Below, piece by piece: positions 1 through 9,650 of a stretch of 64,000 nucleotides of DNA (positions are counted from its first letter, which is position 1; the number at the start of each line of letters is the position of its first letter). The notes under the pieces are model-generated. The model was given only the letters and a program-made list of their open reading frames with translations, was not told the origin of the DNA and ran no database searches. The stretch is from Chloroflexota bacterium (GTDB lineage Bacteria > Chloroflexota > UBA11872 > VXOZ01): positions 608,001 through 672,000 of the forward strand of contig OY760183.1 in the NCBI GenBank assembly GCA_963663275.1, read 5' to 3'. The translations under genes were made by a program, and so were the position numbers.

Positions 1-2
1 AG

Positions 3-434
3 GCCCGTGGCCTGCACGGCGTGGCCATGCGCCGCGCCTGGTACATGTCCTACGGCGCGGGACCGGACTACCCCCAGGCGCTGGACGACATCGTGGTGGC
101 GCTGATGATCGAAAGAAAGTCGGCGGTAGACCAGTTGGATGAGTTGCTGGCGGTGGAGGGCATCGACATGGTGCAGTGGGGTCCCGCCGATTATGCCATG
201 AACATCGGCCATGCCGGCGAGTTCCAGCACCCGGACGTGAAAGCCGCCGAGAAGAAGGTGTTCGAGACCTGCCTGGCAAAAGGCATCCCGCCCCGCGCCG
301 AGATCAACACGGTCGACCAAGCCCAACGCTTCCTGGACATGGGCGTGCGCCACTTCTGCCTGGGCACCGACATCAACATCATCCACGATTGGCTCACGCA
401 GCAGGGCGATACGCTGCGTAACATGCTGAGCTAA
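3..434 (+). CDS. HpcH/HpaI aldolase family protein (5' truncated by window edge)
   Basis: LMIE...GIDMVQWGPADYAMNIG and LGTD motifs typical of the HpcH/HpaI (GarL-like) aldolase family; the frame is open to the window start. Confidence 0.8.
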   Translation, partial: ARGLHGVAMRRAWYMSYGAGPDYPQALDDIVVALMIERKSAVDQLDELLAVEGIDMVQWGPADYAMNIGHAGEFQHPDVKAAEKKVFETCLAKGIPPRAEINTVDQAQRFLDMGVRHFCLGTDINIIHDWLTQQGDTLRNMLS

Positions 435-505
435 GCCTAGGCGCTAGGCGACGTAGACGCAGCGCGTGACTTGCGGCTACGTTTTTCTCACTTCTCAGGG
501 GGCCA

Positions 506-1003
506 ATGCGAGCACCACTTCTATCTCTCGTGGCAAACCTGGTCTTTTCGGTACTCTTCGTACTCGTGACCCTGGAGATTCTGGCGGCAACTGGTCCCAG
601 AGACTTGTCAGGCTGGCCAATAGTAGGCAGTTGGGTGAGTACGTGGACAACGGCAGCTTGGAAGCTTCTATTTCTTCTCAGCCTACTGTCCGTATTCAGC
701 CTGGGTGCGATACTGAGATTTCCCAACCTACTTGACTTGGCCGAACAAGCGTCCAGGTATCTAAGGGATTCGCCAGGAGAAGAGAGCCGATTGGCAATTC
801 TAGCCAGTTTCGCGCTCCTTAGCCTTCGAATTCTCGTTGTGGCTTTTCTGATAATCTCTCCTATTATGTTAATAGGAGCTTGGTACTTCATATTTCTTGA
901 AGTGGACACAGAGAGACTCAATAGCTTCCAGGTGCTATACGCCTTTTTGGCTTACGTGTTCTATTTGTGTTATGTTTGGCTTCAACGTAGGACAGAGAAT
1001 TAA
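506..1003 (+). CDS. hypothetical membrane protein (about 4 TM), low-GC cassette gene 1
   Basis: 165-aa ORF with four hydrophobic stretches; visibly lower GC than flanks; closely followed by the next ORF. Confidence 0.55.
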   Translation: MRAPLLSLVANLVFSVLFVLVTLEILAATGPRDLSGWPIVGSWVSTWTTAAWKLLFLLSLLSVFSLGAILRFPNLLDLAEQASRYLRDSPGEESRLAILASFALLSLRILVVAFLIISPIMLIGAWYFIFLEVDTERLNSFQVLYAFLAYVFYLCYVWLQRRTEN

Positions 1004-1013
1004 GGGTTGAGAA

Positions 1014-1565
1014 GTGATGGCATACCTTGGTATTGGCGCTCTCATTTTCTTTCTTGTTGGCATACCTTTGCTCGTGGCAGCAGTACTTGTGGCTGCGATT
1101 GCCGGTAAGGTACTGAGCAGAGCGACGGCATCCGGCCCTAAGCCGGAGCAAGCTGGAGAAAGACTAGCGACCGAACCGGCCACAAGAGCGGCAGAGACGC
1201 AAGTGTCACTTGATCGGCTTAACTACAGAGTGCGGGGTGTCGAACAGTCTGTCAGCCGGATAGAATTGCAGATTGGCCGAAGTTCCGACTTGACCCCAGA
1301 AGAAGGTGCGCACACCGGTTTCGTTGATTCGTCAATCGATCGGAAATATAGGGCCGTAAGCAGTACATTCCTGAGGTCAAGGTTCGCGTCTGGATCGGAA
1401 CCGGAACAGGATTGGAACAAAGTGGTTCGCGACCTGCTCTCCTCGAGCGAACAGCCTTACACTAAACGGCCAAATGATACTAATGGTCTGAAGAAAAAGG
1501 CTACGCGCCCATCGCGAGGCCTCGACCATCAGTCTCGTACTTTAGAGCGGACACCTGTTGCCTGA
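1014..1565 (+). CDS. hypothetical protein, N-terminal TM anchor plus short coiled coil, low-GC cassette gene 2
   Basis: One hydrophobic N-terminal segment, then heptad-like LDRLNYRVRGVEQSVSRIELQI; its stop overlaps the next start (TGATG). Confidence 0.55.
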   Translation: MMAYLGIGALIFFLVGIPLLVAAVLVAAIAGKVLSRATASGPKPEQAGERLATEPATRAAETQVSLDRLNYRVRGVEQSVSRIELQIGRSSDLTPEEGAHTGFVDSSIDRKYRAVSSTFLRSRFASGSEPEQDWNKVVRDLLSSSEQPYTKRPNDTNGLKKKATRPSRGLDHQSRTLERTPVA

Positions 1566-2410
1566 TGAACGCAAGCAGTGAAGGCTCCTCCGGCGCGCCA
1601 GTCCAGCTTAGCCCGGATGCTCTCGGCCAAGTGGAACAGACCACAATCCTATTGGGGCGCCTTGCAGGGGATTTAGAATCCAAGAGACTTGAGCCGGCGA
1701 ATGAAAAAGTCAGGCTAATGCGGAGCACGCTCTTGCTCGTAGATACCCCGGCGCCGGGGTTAGCACTGGTCGTGCTGGCGTTGCAGCACTTTGTTGGTAC
1801 TGCCACCAGGCTATTGCAAGAAGACGAGGGTGTACCTGAGCACAGTTGGGATGCGGTCTCTGCCGAGAGTGAAGCCGCGATCTCCCGCATTTCCCAGGCT
1901 TTGCATAGGGCCGACAGCATCGAGGTCTTCCGGTATGTGGGATCCCTGGTTTTCGCGATTGAGAGCTTGGTGGAAAGAATGAACGGAGTGCAAAAGGCTT
2001 GGGAAGAAAACGACGGTATCGAATCCGCACCGGTCAGTGAGAGGACAGAATCGCTTGTGAAGCGAGTATTTGAAAGCGCCACCCTGGATCAAACTCTTCC
2101 CAATAAGCAACCCGGAGGCCTTTTCCTGCTTAGTGAAGGACTATACAGTGCTGCGTGGCTTACTGGTTCAAGTCGCCTCCGGCTGGTTTCATACTTGATG
2201 ACAGAAGTTGCGGGTGGAATTGCCAGATCCGTCCACGAAACGAAATGGGATGAGGGAGACTGGCAATATTGGTCAGGTCAGATCTTGGGCTTAATGCCAA
2301 GACTCAGGAACGACCTGGCGGCAGAGGATTCGACAGCAGTTTTCTTCACCCTGGACAGGCTCTGTCTGATTGCTAATCACGTAAACTTCAGGGGCATCCT
2401 TTACCTCTAG
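1565..2410 (+). CDS. hypothetical alpha-helical protein with internal two-fold repeat, low-GC cassette gene 3
   Basis: 281-aa ORF translationally coupled to the upstream ORF; two halves share W..xS.......R....L...DS..VF. Confidence 0.6.
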   Translation: MNASSEGSSGAPVQLSPDALGQVEQTTILLGRLAGDLESKRLEPANEKVRLMRSTLLLVDTPAPGLALVVLALQHFVGTATRLLQEDEGVPEHSWDAVSAESEAAISRISQALHRADSIEVFRYVGSLVFAIESLVERMNGVQKAWEENDGIESAPVSERTESLVKRVFESATLDQTLPNKQPGGLFLLSEGLYSAAWLTGSSRLRLVSYLMTEVAGGIARSVHETKWDEGDWQYWSGQILGLMPRLRNDLAAEDSTAVFFTLDRLCLIANHVNFRGILYL

Positions 2411-2432
2411 GCAAAAGCCACCCCACACAATC

Positions 2433-3110
2433 TTGTACGACTATCTTCGCCATCGCATTCAGCTTGAGTATTCGTCGGCCTGGCGCGTGGCCGTCAGCGG
2501 CCTGTTGGCGGGCGCTGCCTTGCCGGCCGTGCTGTGGCTGGGCGCTGTGTTGCTCAGCCGTTGGGCACTCGCCATATCCGGCGGGTTCCTGTGGCTAAGC
2601 AGCGGCGGCGTGCTCTACCTGGGTTTAGCGGGCGGATTGGCGGCGCTCGCCGCGCAGCGCGTCAGCCGGCGCAACGACTTCGGTTTCGTAGCCGGGGCGG
2701 CCGTGCTGCTGACACTCTGCCTGCCGCTGGGACTGCTGATTGCGCAGAGCCTTACCGGCGGCGCCGAGGTCGGCCTCGGCGCGCACCTCCGCGCCGCGAT
2801 TACGGCGGCCGCCTTGCAGCAGGCGCTCATACCCACCGTTTTCGCCGGCTTGCTCCTCACCGTCGCCTGGGCCGCGCTGCTGGTGCCCTGCGTGGCGATG
2901 CTGAGCGACGCCGATTGGCAGACGATCATGGACCGCATGGTGAACGAGACCTACCACCGGGACTGGATCGCCTACAACCAGAACTTCATCGACCAGAAGA
3001 AGATCGCCTATTACCTCAAGACCGGACAGCAAGAGAAAGCCGCGCAGCTTGAAGCCGAAGCCGCCAAGCGCGCCCAGCACGTGCCGCCGCGTGAAGCGCG
3101 CCATAGTTAG
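2433..3110 (+). CDS. hypothetical membrane protein
   Basis: Several hydrophobic helices and a hydrophilic C-terminal tail; host-like high-GC3 codon usage. Confidence 0.6.
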   Translation: MYDYLRHRIQLEYSSAWRVAVSGLLAGAALPAVLWLGAVLLSRWALAISGGFLWLSSGGVLYLGLAGGLAALAAQRVSRRNDFGFVAGAAVLLTLCLPLGLLIAQSLTGGAEVGLGAHLRAAITAAALQQALIPTVFAGLLLTVAWAALLVPCVAMLSDADWQTIMDRMVNETYHRDWIAYNQNFIDQKKIAYYLKTGQQEKAAQLEAEAAKRAQHVPPREARHS

Positions 3111-3114
3111 CGCC

Positions 3115-3819
3115 GTGCGGGGATTCATTTACCGCTTCGCGCGGGCGCGGCCCTGGGGTCCGGAAATCGCGCTTTGCGCCGTTGCGCTCGCCTTGAGCCT
3201 GGCGGCGCTGCGGGGAGAGCCGCTGCCGCTGGACGCGCCGCTGAGCCAGGCAATCCACGCCTGGCAGTTCCCGCTCCTGCGCCCGGTATTGTGGACAGTC
3301 AGCGAGATTGGCCGGTTCCACATCGCGGCGCCGGTTACCGCCGGCGTCGTCATCGCGCTCGCGGCCATCGGTTGGCGGCGGCAGGCGCTCACGCTCGGCG
3401 GCGCGGCGCTTACCGGACAGGGGTTGAGCCATTTGCTGAAGGCGCTCATAGCGCGCCCGCGGCCGGAATTGGCGGCAGACCAGTTTGCCGCGCTGGGGGC
3501 GGAATCCTACGCCTTTCCCAGCGGACACGCCCTATCGTCCGCGATCTTCTACGGTTTCTTCGCCTACCTGCTCTGGCGGCGCGTCCAAAGGCCCTGGCCG
3601 CGCTGGCTGGGCGTAGGCGTCATGCTCGTCATGATCGCGCTGGTGGGCCTATCCCGCGTCTATCTGGGCGTGCACTGGCCCAGCGACGTGGCAGGAGGCT
3701 ACGCCATCGGCATCCTCTGGCTTCTGCTCTGGACGAGAGCGCAGCGCGCATGGTCCGCCTCCGGGCAAGGCGGCGAGCCGCAAGGTCGGGCACAAACCCG
3801 AAGTCGCGCACAGACGTGA
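3115..3819 (+). CDS. PAP2 family phosphatase
   Basis: KALIARPRP, FPSGH and SRVYLGVHWPSDV are the three PAP2 motifs; start uncertain. Confidence 0.9.
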   Translation: MRGFIYRFARARPWGPEIALCAVALALSLAALRGEPLPLDAPLSQAIHAWQFPLLRPVLWTVSEIGRFHIAAPVTAGVVIALAAIGWRRQALTLGGAALTGQGLSHLLKALIARPRPELAADQFAALGAESYAFPSGHALSSAIFYGFFAYLLWRRVQRPWPRWLGVGVMLVMIALVGLSRVYLGVHWPSDVAGGYAIGILWLLLWTRAQRAWSASGQGGEPQGRAQTRSRAQT

Positions 3820-3930
3820 GGTCGTGCGCAATCGCCAGGCCGTGCACAATCGCAAGGCCGTGCACAATCGCAAGGCCGCGCGCAAACGCAAAGTCGCGCA
3901 CAATCACGAGGTTGCGCGCACACGCGGGGG
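3790..3930. repeat. degenerate 18-bp tandem array (GCACAATCGCAAGGCCGT-like, about 8 units)
   Basis: Units read directly from the sequence; the array overlaps the PAP2 stop codon. Confidence 0.8.
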
Positions 3931-4331
3931 CGCCCGCAGAGCGCCGCGGGCGGCGGCGAGCGCCGTCGCCGCACTTCCGCGCGGGAATCCTGCGTTTGCC
4001 GCCCTTCCTGACTTGTGGCGGACGCGCTAAATGGCTAGAATAGTACAGGCAGACTTTGTGTTTAATTTCACACTGGAGATTGATCGAGAGCGCAAGCGCG
4101 CCTTGCCGGTCGGCCCGCCGTTGCGGCGGGGCGGCAATGCGCTTGCCAACCTCTCGCCGCGCTATCGTTTACAGGGGAGCAAACCACACTAATGGCCAGG
4201 GCATGCCAGCGCCGCAGAGAAGAGCGGCGGTTCTCCGTTCACGGCCTTTGCAACGTCAGGATAGGAAAACCCTGCAACATGCGGACAGACAGATTCCGGG
4301 ACACGGTACGCCGCAAGGAGGCAGCGTAGCC

Positions 4332-5372
4332 ATGCTTACGGCGAAACACGCCTCGGCCCGGCGGCTCCTGCGCATAGCCGGCCTGGCGGTCGTCGGCGCA
4401 GCCGCGGTCGCCCTCTTCGCCGGCTGCGGGGCGGTGGACGGCCCGCAGACCACGCTCTTCCCGCGCTCCGACAACAACCAGGTCATCAACGACCTCTATG
4501 CGCCGCTGACCTGGCTTGCCATCGTCATCTTCATAATCGTCCAGGGCTTGCTGCTCTATTCGGTGTACCGCTACCGCGTGCGCGGCGACGACGACAGCAT
4601 CCCGGAGCAGGTGCACGGCAATACCCGCCTGGAGATTGCCTGGACGATCGCGCCTTCCATCGTCGTCGTCATCATGCTCATCCTGACGTACCAGGCCATG
4701 GCAAAGATCGAAGCCGCGCCGCCGGACGACGCCCTGCGGATCCGCGTGATCGGCCACCAGTGGTGGTGGGAAGTGCACTACCTCGACCTGGACGTAGTCA
4801 CGGCCAACGAGATTCACATTCCCATCGACCGCCCCGTCTATTTCGAACTCGAATCCAATGACGTCATCCACTCCTTCTGGGTGCCGCGCCTCATGGGCAA
4901 ACGCGACTTGATGCCCGGCTCCACGAACACCATCTGGTTCACACCTACGGAGGAAGGCCTTTACATCGGCCAATGCGCCGAATACTGCGGCACCGCCCAC
5001 GCGCAGATGCGCTACCACGTGGTGGTGGAGTCGGAGACCGCCTTCAACAACTGGGTCGCCAGGCAGCGGCAGGACGCCGTGGAAGTGACCGGCGACGCCG
5101 CCGAAGGCGCGCAATTGTTCATCAGCCGCGCCTGCGTCACCTGCCATACCATCCGGGGCACCGACGCGATTGGCGTGATTGGCCCGGACCTTACCCACGT
5201 CGGCAGCCGCTCGTTCATTGCCGGCGGCATCATGGAAAACACCCGGGACAACGTGTCCGCCTGGCTCCGGGATCCGGAAGGCCTGAAACCGGGCAACAAG
5301 ATGATCCTGCCAGTTGAATTGAGCGAAGAGGACATCCGCCTGCTAACCACCTACATCGAGGCGCTCAAGTAG
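4332..5372 (+). CDS. coxB: cytochrome c oxidase subunit II with fused cytochrome c (caa3 type)
   Basis: Lipobox LFAGC, HGNTRLEIAWT, DVIHSFW, CuA motif CAEYCGTAHAQM, heme c motif CVTCH; AAGGAG RBS upstream. Confidence 0.95.
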   Translation: MLTAKHASARRLLRIAGLAVVGAAAVALFAGCGAVDGPQTTLFPRSDNNQVINDLYAPLTWLAIVIFIIVQGLLLYSVYRYRVRGDDDSIPEQVHGNTRLEIAWTIAPSIVVVIMLILTYQAMAKIEAAPPDDALRIRVIGHQWWWEVHYLDLDVVTANEIHIPIDRPVYFELESNDVIHSFWVPRLMGKRDLMPGSTNTIWFTPTEEGLYIGQCAEYCGTAHAQMRYHVVVESETAFNNWVARQRQDAVEVTGDAAEGAQLFISRACVTCHTIRGTDAIGVIGPDLTHVGSRSFIAGGIMENTRDNVSAWLRDPEGLKPGNKMILPVELSEEDIRLLTTYIEALK

Positions 5373-5486
5373 CGGTGGGAAGATTGTGAAAATGCTCACA
5401 AACACGGTAATATGGGGATGGAACGTACCCGATGAACGTTGGCGCATAACGGGCAGAGGCGCGTCCGCGCAGCGAGGAGTCTCGGC

Positions 5487-7352
5487 ATGGCAACAGTAAC
5501 AGACGTACGCACACAGGAACGGGTTTCGACCGGCGCGGCGATCTGGAGTTGGGTCACCACCATCGACCACAAGCGCATCGGCGTGCTCTACTTCGTCACG
5601 TCCCTGATCTATTTTCTGGTTGCCGGTTTCGAGGCGCTGCTCATCCGGCTGCAACTCGCCACGCCGGAAGGCCAGTTGCTTGGCTCGGACACCTACAACC
5701 AGCTCTTCACCATGCACGGCACGGCCATGGTCTTCATGGTCGCCATGCCCATGGCCGCGGCCTTCTTCAACTTCCTCATTCCGCTGATGATCGGCGCCCG
5801 GGACGTGGCCTTTCCGCGCCTGAACGCCTTCAGCTACTGGACGTTCCTCGGCGGCAGCCTGCTCATGCACAGCAGCTTTCTCTTCGGCCAGGCGCCCGAC
5901 GGCGGCTGGTTCGGCTACGCCAACCTGACCACCAAGGAATACTCCCCCGGCCTCAGCATCGATTTCTGGGGTCTGGGCCTGCTGGTGCTCGGTGTGGCGT
6001 CGGTAGCCGCGGCGCTCAACTTCATCATCACCATCATCAACCTGCGCGCCCCGGGCATGACCCTGATGCGCATGCCCGTGTTCGTCTGGATGACCTTCGT
6101 TACCTCATTCCTCATCATCTTCGCCTTTCCCGCCATCACGGCCGCGCTCATCTTCCTGGAATTCGACCGCCTGTTCGGCACGAACTTCTACGAAGTGGCC
6201 GAAGGCGGCGACCCGATGCTCTGGCAGCACCTCTTCTGGGTCTTTGGACACCCGGAGGTCTATATCCTGGTCTTGCCGGGCTTCGGCATCGCCTCGGAAA
6301 TCCTGCCCACCTTCTCGCGCAAGCCCATCTTTGGCTACAGCGCCATGGTCTTTGCCGCCGTGTCCATCGGCTTCCTGGGCTTCAGCGTGTGGGCGCACCA
6401 CATGTTCACCACCGGCATGGGCACCATCGCCGACGCCGCTTTTGCCGGTTCCACCATGCTCATCGCCATTCCCACCGGCATCAAGATGTTCAACTGGGTG
6501 GCCACCTGCTTTGGCGGGCGCATCCGCCTGACGGTGCCCATGCTCTTTGCGCTGGGATTCCTCACCACCTTCCTCATCGGCGGCCTTACCGGCCCCATGC
6601 TGGCGGCCGTGCCGCTGGACCTGCACTTCCAGGATAGCTACTTCGTGGTCGGCCACTTCCACTACGTGCTCTTCGGCGGCCTCATCCTGGCGCTGATGGG
6701 CGGGGTCTACTACTGGTATCCCAAGATTACGGGCCGCATGATGAGCGAGAAGATCGGCAAGTGGCACTTCTGGCTCATGTTCCTGAGCATGAACTTCACC
6801 TTCTTCCCCATGCACTTCGTGGGGCTGGACGGCATGCCGCGCCGCGTGGGCACCTATGCCGCCGGCATGGGCTGGGACTTCTGGAACATGTTCATCACCA
6901 TCAGCGCCTTCGGCATCGGCCTTTCCATCCTGGTGTTCCTCCACAACTTCGTGGTCAGCTACAAGAAGGGCGAACCGGCCGGCAACGACCCCTGGGACGC
7001 GCGCACGCTGGAATGGGCGATGCCCAGCCCGCCGCCGGAGCACAACTTCGATGAAATCCCCCTTGTCACCCACCGCGATCAGGTGTGGTACGACAAGTAT
7101 GGCGAGGGTCACGGCGACGCGGCGCAACTCAGGAAAACCACCGCGGCCGTGGCCGACGAGCCCGACGAGGAAGTTGACGTCCACATGCCGAACCCGTCCT
7201 ACTGGCCGCTTCTGGTCGGCGCGGGCCTGACGATCGCGGCCGCCGGCTTGATGATTCACATTCTGGTGGCGATATTCGGCGTCGCCTGGACGATCGTGTC
7301 GATTTACGCATGGTCGCTGGAACCCGCCTCCGACCCGCCGGGAGAACATTAG
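5487..7352 (+). CDS. ctaD: cytochrome c oxidase subunit I (A1 type)
   Basis: TIDHKRIG, GHPEVY (A1 signature), WAHHMF, HFHY, GMPRR; two extra C-terminal helices as in caa3/bo3 enzymes. Confidence 0.97.
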   Translation: MATVTDVRTQERVSTGAAIWSWVTTIDHKRIGVLYFVTSLIYFLVAGFEALLIRLQLATPEGQLLGSDTYNQLFTMHGTAMVFMVAMPMAAAFFNFLIPLMIGARDVAFPRLNAFSYWTFLGGSLLMHSSFLFGQAPDGGWFGYANLTTKEYSPGLSIDFWGLGLLVLGVASVAAALNFIITIINLRAPGMTLMRMPVFVWMTFVTSFLIIFAFPAITAALIFLEFDRLFGTNFYEVAEGGDPMLWQHLFWVFGHPEVYILVLPGFGIASEILPTFSRKPIFGYSAMVFAAVSIGFLGFSVWAHHMFTTGMGTIADAAFAGSTMLIAIPTGIKMFNWVATCFGGRIRLTVPMLFALGFLTTFLIGGLTGPMLAAVPLDLHFQDSYFVVGHFHYVLFGGLILALMGGVYYWYPKITGRMMSEKIGKWHFWLMFLSMNFTFFPMHFVGLDGMPRRVGTYAAGMGWDFWNMFITISAFGIGLSILVFLHNFVVSYKKGEPAGNDPWDARTLEWAMPSPPPEHNFDEIPLVTHRDQVWYDKYGEGHGDAAQLRKTTAAVADEPDEEVDVHMPNPSYWPLLVGAGLTIAAAGLMIHILVAIFGVAWTIVSIYAWSLEPASDPPGEH

Positions 7353-7357
7353 CGCGT

Positions 7358-7533
7358 ATTCCATAGGACTAGCCGTTGTTCCACAGCAAAGGCAGTTGCT
7401 CCATGGCAAAGGCATCTGTTCCATAGCAAAGGGCAGTTGCTCCATAGCAAAGGGCAGTTGCTCCATGGCAAAAGCATCTGTTCCATAGCAAAGGGCAGTC
7501 GTTCCATGGCAAAGGCAGTCGTTCCATAGGAAT
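7358..7533. repeat. 20-21 bp tandem array (GTTCCATAGCAAAGGGCAGTT-like, about 8 units)
   Basis: Starts just after the ctaD stop, inside the cox operon. Confidence 0.9.
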
Positions 7534-7578
7534 GGCGGCCTTTCCCGGAATAGCAGCGCAGGCGCGCTCCCATCCTGT

Positions 7579-7612
7579 CCCCTCTCCCTGAGGGAGAGGG
7601 CTAGGGTGAGGG
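7579..7612. repeat. CCCTCTCCC-N-GGGAGAGGG...GGGTGAGGG palindromic repeat (further copies near 11781, 46020-46115, 46642, 49590, 61830-62140)
   Basis: Recurrent intergenic hairpin motif. Confidence 0.8.
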
Positions 7613-7694
7613 TTGAGAGTGCGGATGAGAGTTAAGACGAAAATACCAAAGCGCAATAGAGCCAATTGCGGGCTAGCGTGAGGAGAATCTCTGA

Positions 7695-8327
7695 ATGAGC
7701 GATGCAGCACTCGCCCACGAGGCGCATGAAGAGCATCCAACGTCCACGGGACTGAACCACCGCAAGATCCTCATGTGGGCCTTCCTCGGCTCGGAGTGCA
7801 TCTTCTTCGGTTCGCTCATCACCACCTACCTCGTTTATCGAGGCAAGAGCGTGGTCGGCCCCTATCCCAGTGAGATTCTCAACATTCCGCTCACGTCGAT
7901 AAGCACGTTCGTGCTGCTCATGAGCAGTCTGGCGATGGTGCTGTCGCTCGCCGGTTTCGAGAGAGCGGCGGGGGCCGGCGCGGACGAAGAGCGCAGGCAG
8001 CGCGAGTTGCGCAAAGGCCGCTTCTGGCTGCTGATGACGGCGTTGCTCGGCACCGGGTTCCTCGGCTTCCAGGCGTACGAATTCATCGAATTCGTGCACC
8101 ACGGGTTGGGGCTTACCACCAATCTCTTTGGCACCACCTTCTACGTGCTCACCGGCTTTCACGGCACCCACGTCGGCGTGGGCGTCGTCTGGCTGGTATC
8201 GCTGCTGGTGTTGAGCTACTTTGGCAAGGTGAAGCCGCTGGACGTAGAACTGGGCGGCCTCTACTGGCACTTCGTGGATATTGTCTGGATTATCATCTTC
8301 ACCTTGATCTACCTGATTCCGCATTGA
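7695..8327 (+). CDS. ctaE: cytochrome c oxidase subunit III (short form)
   Basis: MWAFLGSECIFF, LTGFHGTHV, YWHFVDIVW. Confidence 0.95.
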   Translation: MSDAALAHEAHEEHPTSTGLNHRKILMWAFLGSECIFFGSLITTYLVYRGKSVVGPYPSEILNIPLTSISTFVLLMSSLAMVLSLAGFERAAGAGADEERRQRELRKGRFWLLMTALLGTGFLGFQAYEFIEFVHHGLGLTTNLFGTTFYVLTGFHGTHVGVGVVWLVSLLVLSYFGKVKPLDVELGGLYWHFVDIVWIIIFTLIYLIPH

Positions 8328-8360
8328 TTGCGCCCGCCGCGCGCAATATGGAGAAATCCC

Positions 8361-8384
8361 GTAGCGCGGGGGCTTGTCCCCCGC
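8361..8384 (+). repeat. REP family A, GTAGCGCGGGGGCTTGTCCCCCGC (other copies near 11828, 22070, 22202, 40219, 44160-44310, 46719-46985, 47393, 47626, 47703, 59226, 59418)
   Basis: GTAG tetranucleotide followed by a GC-rich hairpin, repeated in both orientations, intergenic. Confidence 0.9.
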
Positions 8385-8450
8385 CGGCGAAGAATTGGAT
8401 AGCTTTTCCTAGCGCCAGCCGCGCCGCAACGAAACCGTGAGGAGGAGAGC

Positions 8451-8756
8451 ATGAGCACAGAAGCCGCACACAACGATGAGGCCCATGCCACCACTGGGCA
8501 CTACGTCCGCATCGCCATCGTCCTGACCGTCCTCACCATCCTGGAAGTCGGCACGTACTACGTAAACATCCCCTTTGGCATCCTGGTGCCGCTGCTGATA
8601 GTGCTGGCCGGCATGAAATTCGGCCTGGTTGTCGCGTACTACATGCACCTGCGCTACGATAGCAAGCTCTTCTCCGGCTTCTTCTTCTTTGGATTGACCA
8701 TCGAGATCCTCTTGCTGATTGCGCTCATGGTGCTCTTCGGCGTCCGCGCAGGCTAA
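8451..8756 (+). CDS. ctaF: cytochrome c oxidase subunit IV
   Basis: LTILEV and KFGLVVAYYMHLRYD motifs of prokaryotic COX4; GAGGAG RBS. Confidence 0.88.
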   Translation: MSTEAAHNDEAHATTGHYVRIAIVLTVLTILEVGTYYVNIPFGILVPLLIVLAGMKFGLVVAYYMHLRYDSKLFSGFFFFGLTIEILLLIALMVLFGVRAG

Positions 8757-9622
8757 TGGTCGGCGCACTGACCACGCTCGCGGTTGGGGCAAGCTGCGGC
8801 TTCGTCAGCCTCTTCTACGCCGTCGGCGTCACGCGCGCCCAACGGCTCGGCCGGGCCACGCCGCCCACGTGGCGCCGGGTCTCGTTCGGCGCGGGCATTG
8901 CCCTCATCCTCATCTCCTTGATAGGGCCGGTGGATACGCTCTCCGGGCAGTATTTCACCATGCACATGATCCAGCATCTCCTGCTGATGCTGGTCGCCCC
9001 GCCGCTGCTGCTGATGGGCGCGCCGGTGGTGATGGTGCTGCGGGGACTGCCGCCCTTCCTGCAACGGCCGGTTTTCGTGACGGTGGCGCGCAACCGCGTC
9101 ATGCGCCGCATTACGCATACGCTGCTGCACTCCCACGTGGCGCTGGGCCTCTTCCTGGCCACGCTCTGGCTCTGGCACGTGCCGCAACTCTATTCGTCGG
9201 CGGTCGAGGACGACGTGGTGCACCTGCTGGAGCACACGACGTTCTTCTGGCCGGCGGTGTTCTTCTGGTGGAACGTGGTCGATTCGTGGCCGTTTCGCGC
9301 GCGCCTATCCGCGCCGCGCCGCCTGCTCTATATCTTCCTGGCCACGGCGGGCCTCAAGCTGGTGGGTGTGCTCATAACGGTTTCCGGCCAGGTGCTCTAC
9401 ACCGCGTATCTCCTGCCGCGGGAGGGCACGGCGCTGGCGGCATTGGACGATCAACGCATTGGCGGATTGATCATGTGGATGGGCGGCGGCCTCTACATGC
9501 TGCTGCCCCTGGCGATCATCTTCTTCCGCTGGGCGCAACAGGACGCGCTGGCCCCGCCGCCGGCGCAGCCTTCAACGACCGCGGCCTCCGCGCCGCCGCG
9601 CAACTACCGCCAACCGCTCTAG
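8756..9622 (+). CDS. ctaG: caa3-type cytochrome c oxidase assembly factor
   Basis: FTMHMIQHLLLMLVAPPLLLMG, WHVPQLY, EH, DQRIGGLIMW; last gene of the cox operon. Confidence 0.9.
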   Translation: MVGALTTLAVGASCGFVSLFYAVGVTRAQRLGRATPPTWRRVSFGAGIALILISLIGPVDTLSGQYFTMHMIQHLLLMLVAPPLLLMGAPVVMVLRGLPPFLQRPVFVTVARNRVMRRITHTLLHSHVALGLFLATLWLWHVPQLYSSAVEDDVVHLLEHTTFFWPAVFFWWNVVDSWPFRARLSAPRRLLYIFLATAGLKLVGVLITVSGQVLYTAYLLPREGTALAALDDQRIGGLIMWMGGGLYMLLPLAIIFFRWAQQDALAPPPAQPSTTAASAPPRNYRQPL

Positions 9623-9650
9623 TCCGCCGCGCGCTTACGCAACGAAGATA

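Noticed and set aside
7180-7352. Extra C-terminal helices of CtaD as a novel fusion
   Set aside because: Known caa3/bo3 arrangement, matched by the short CtaE.
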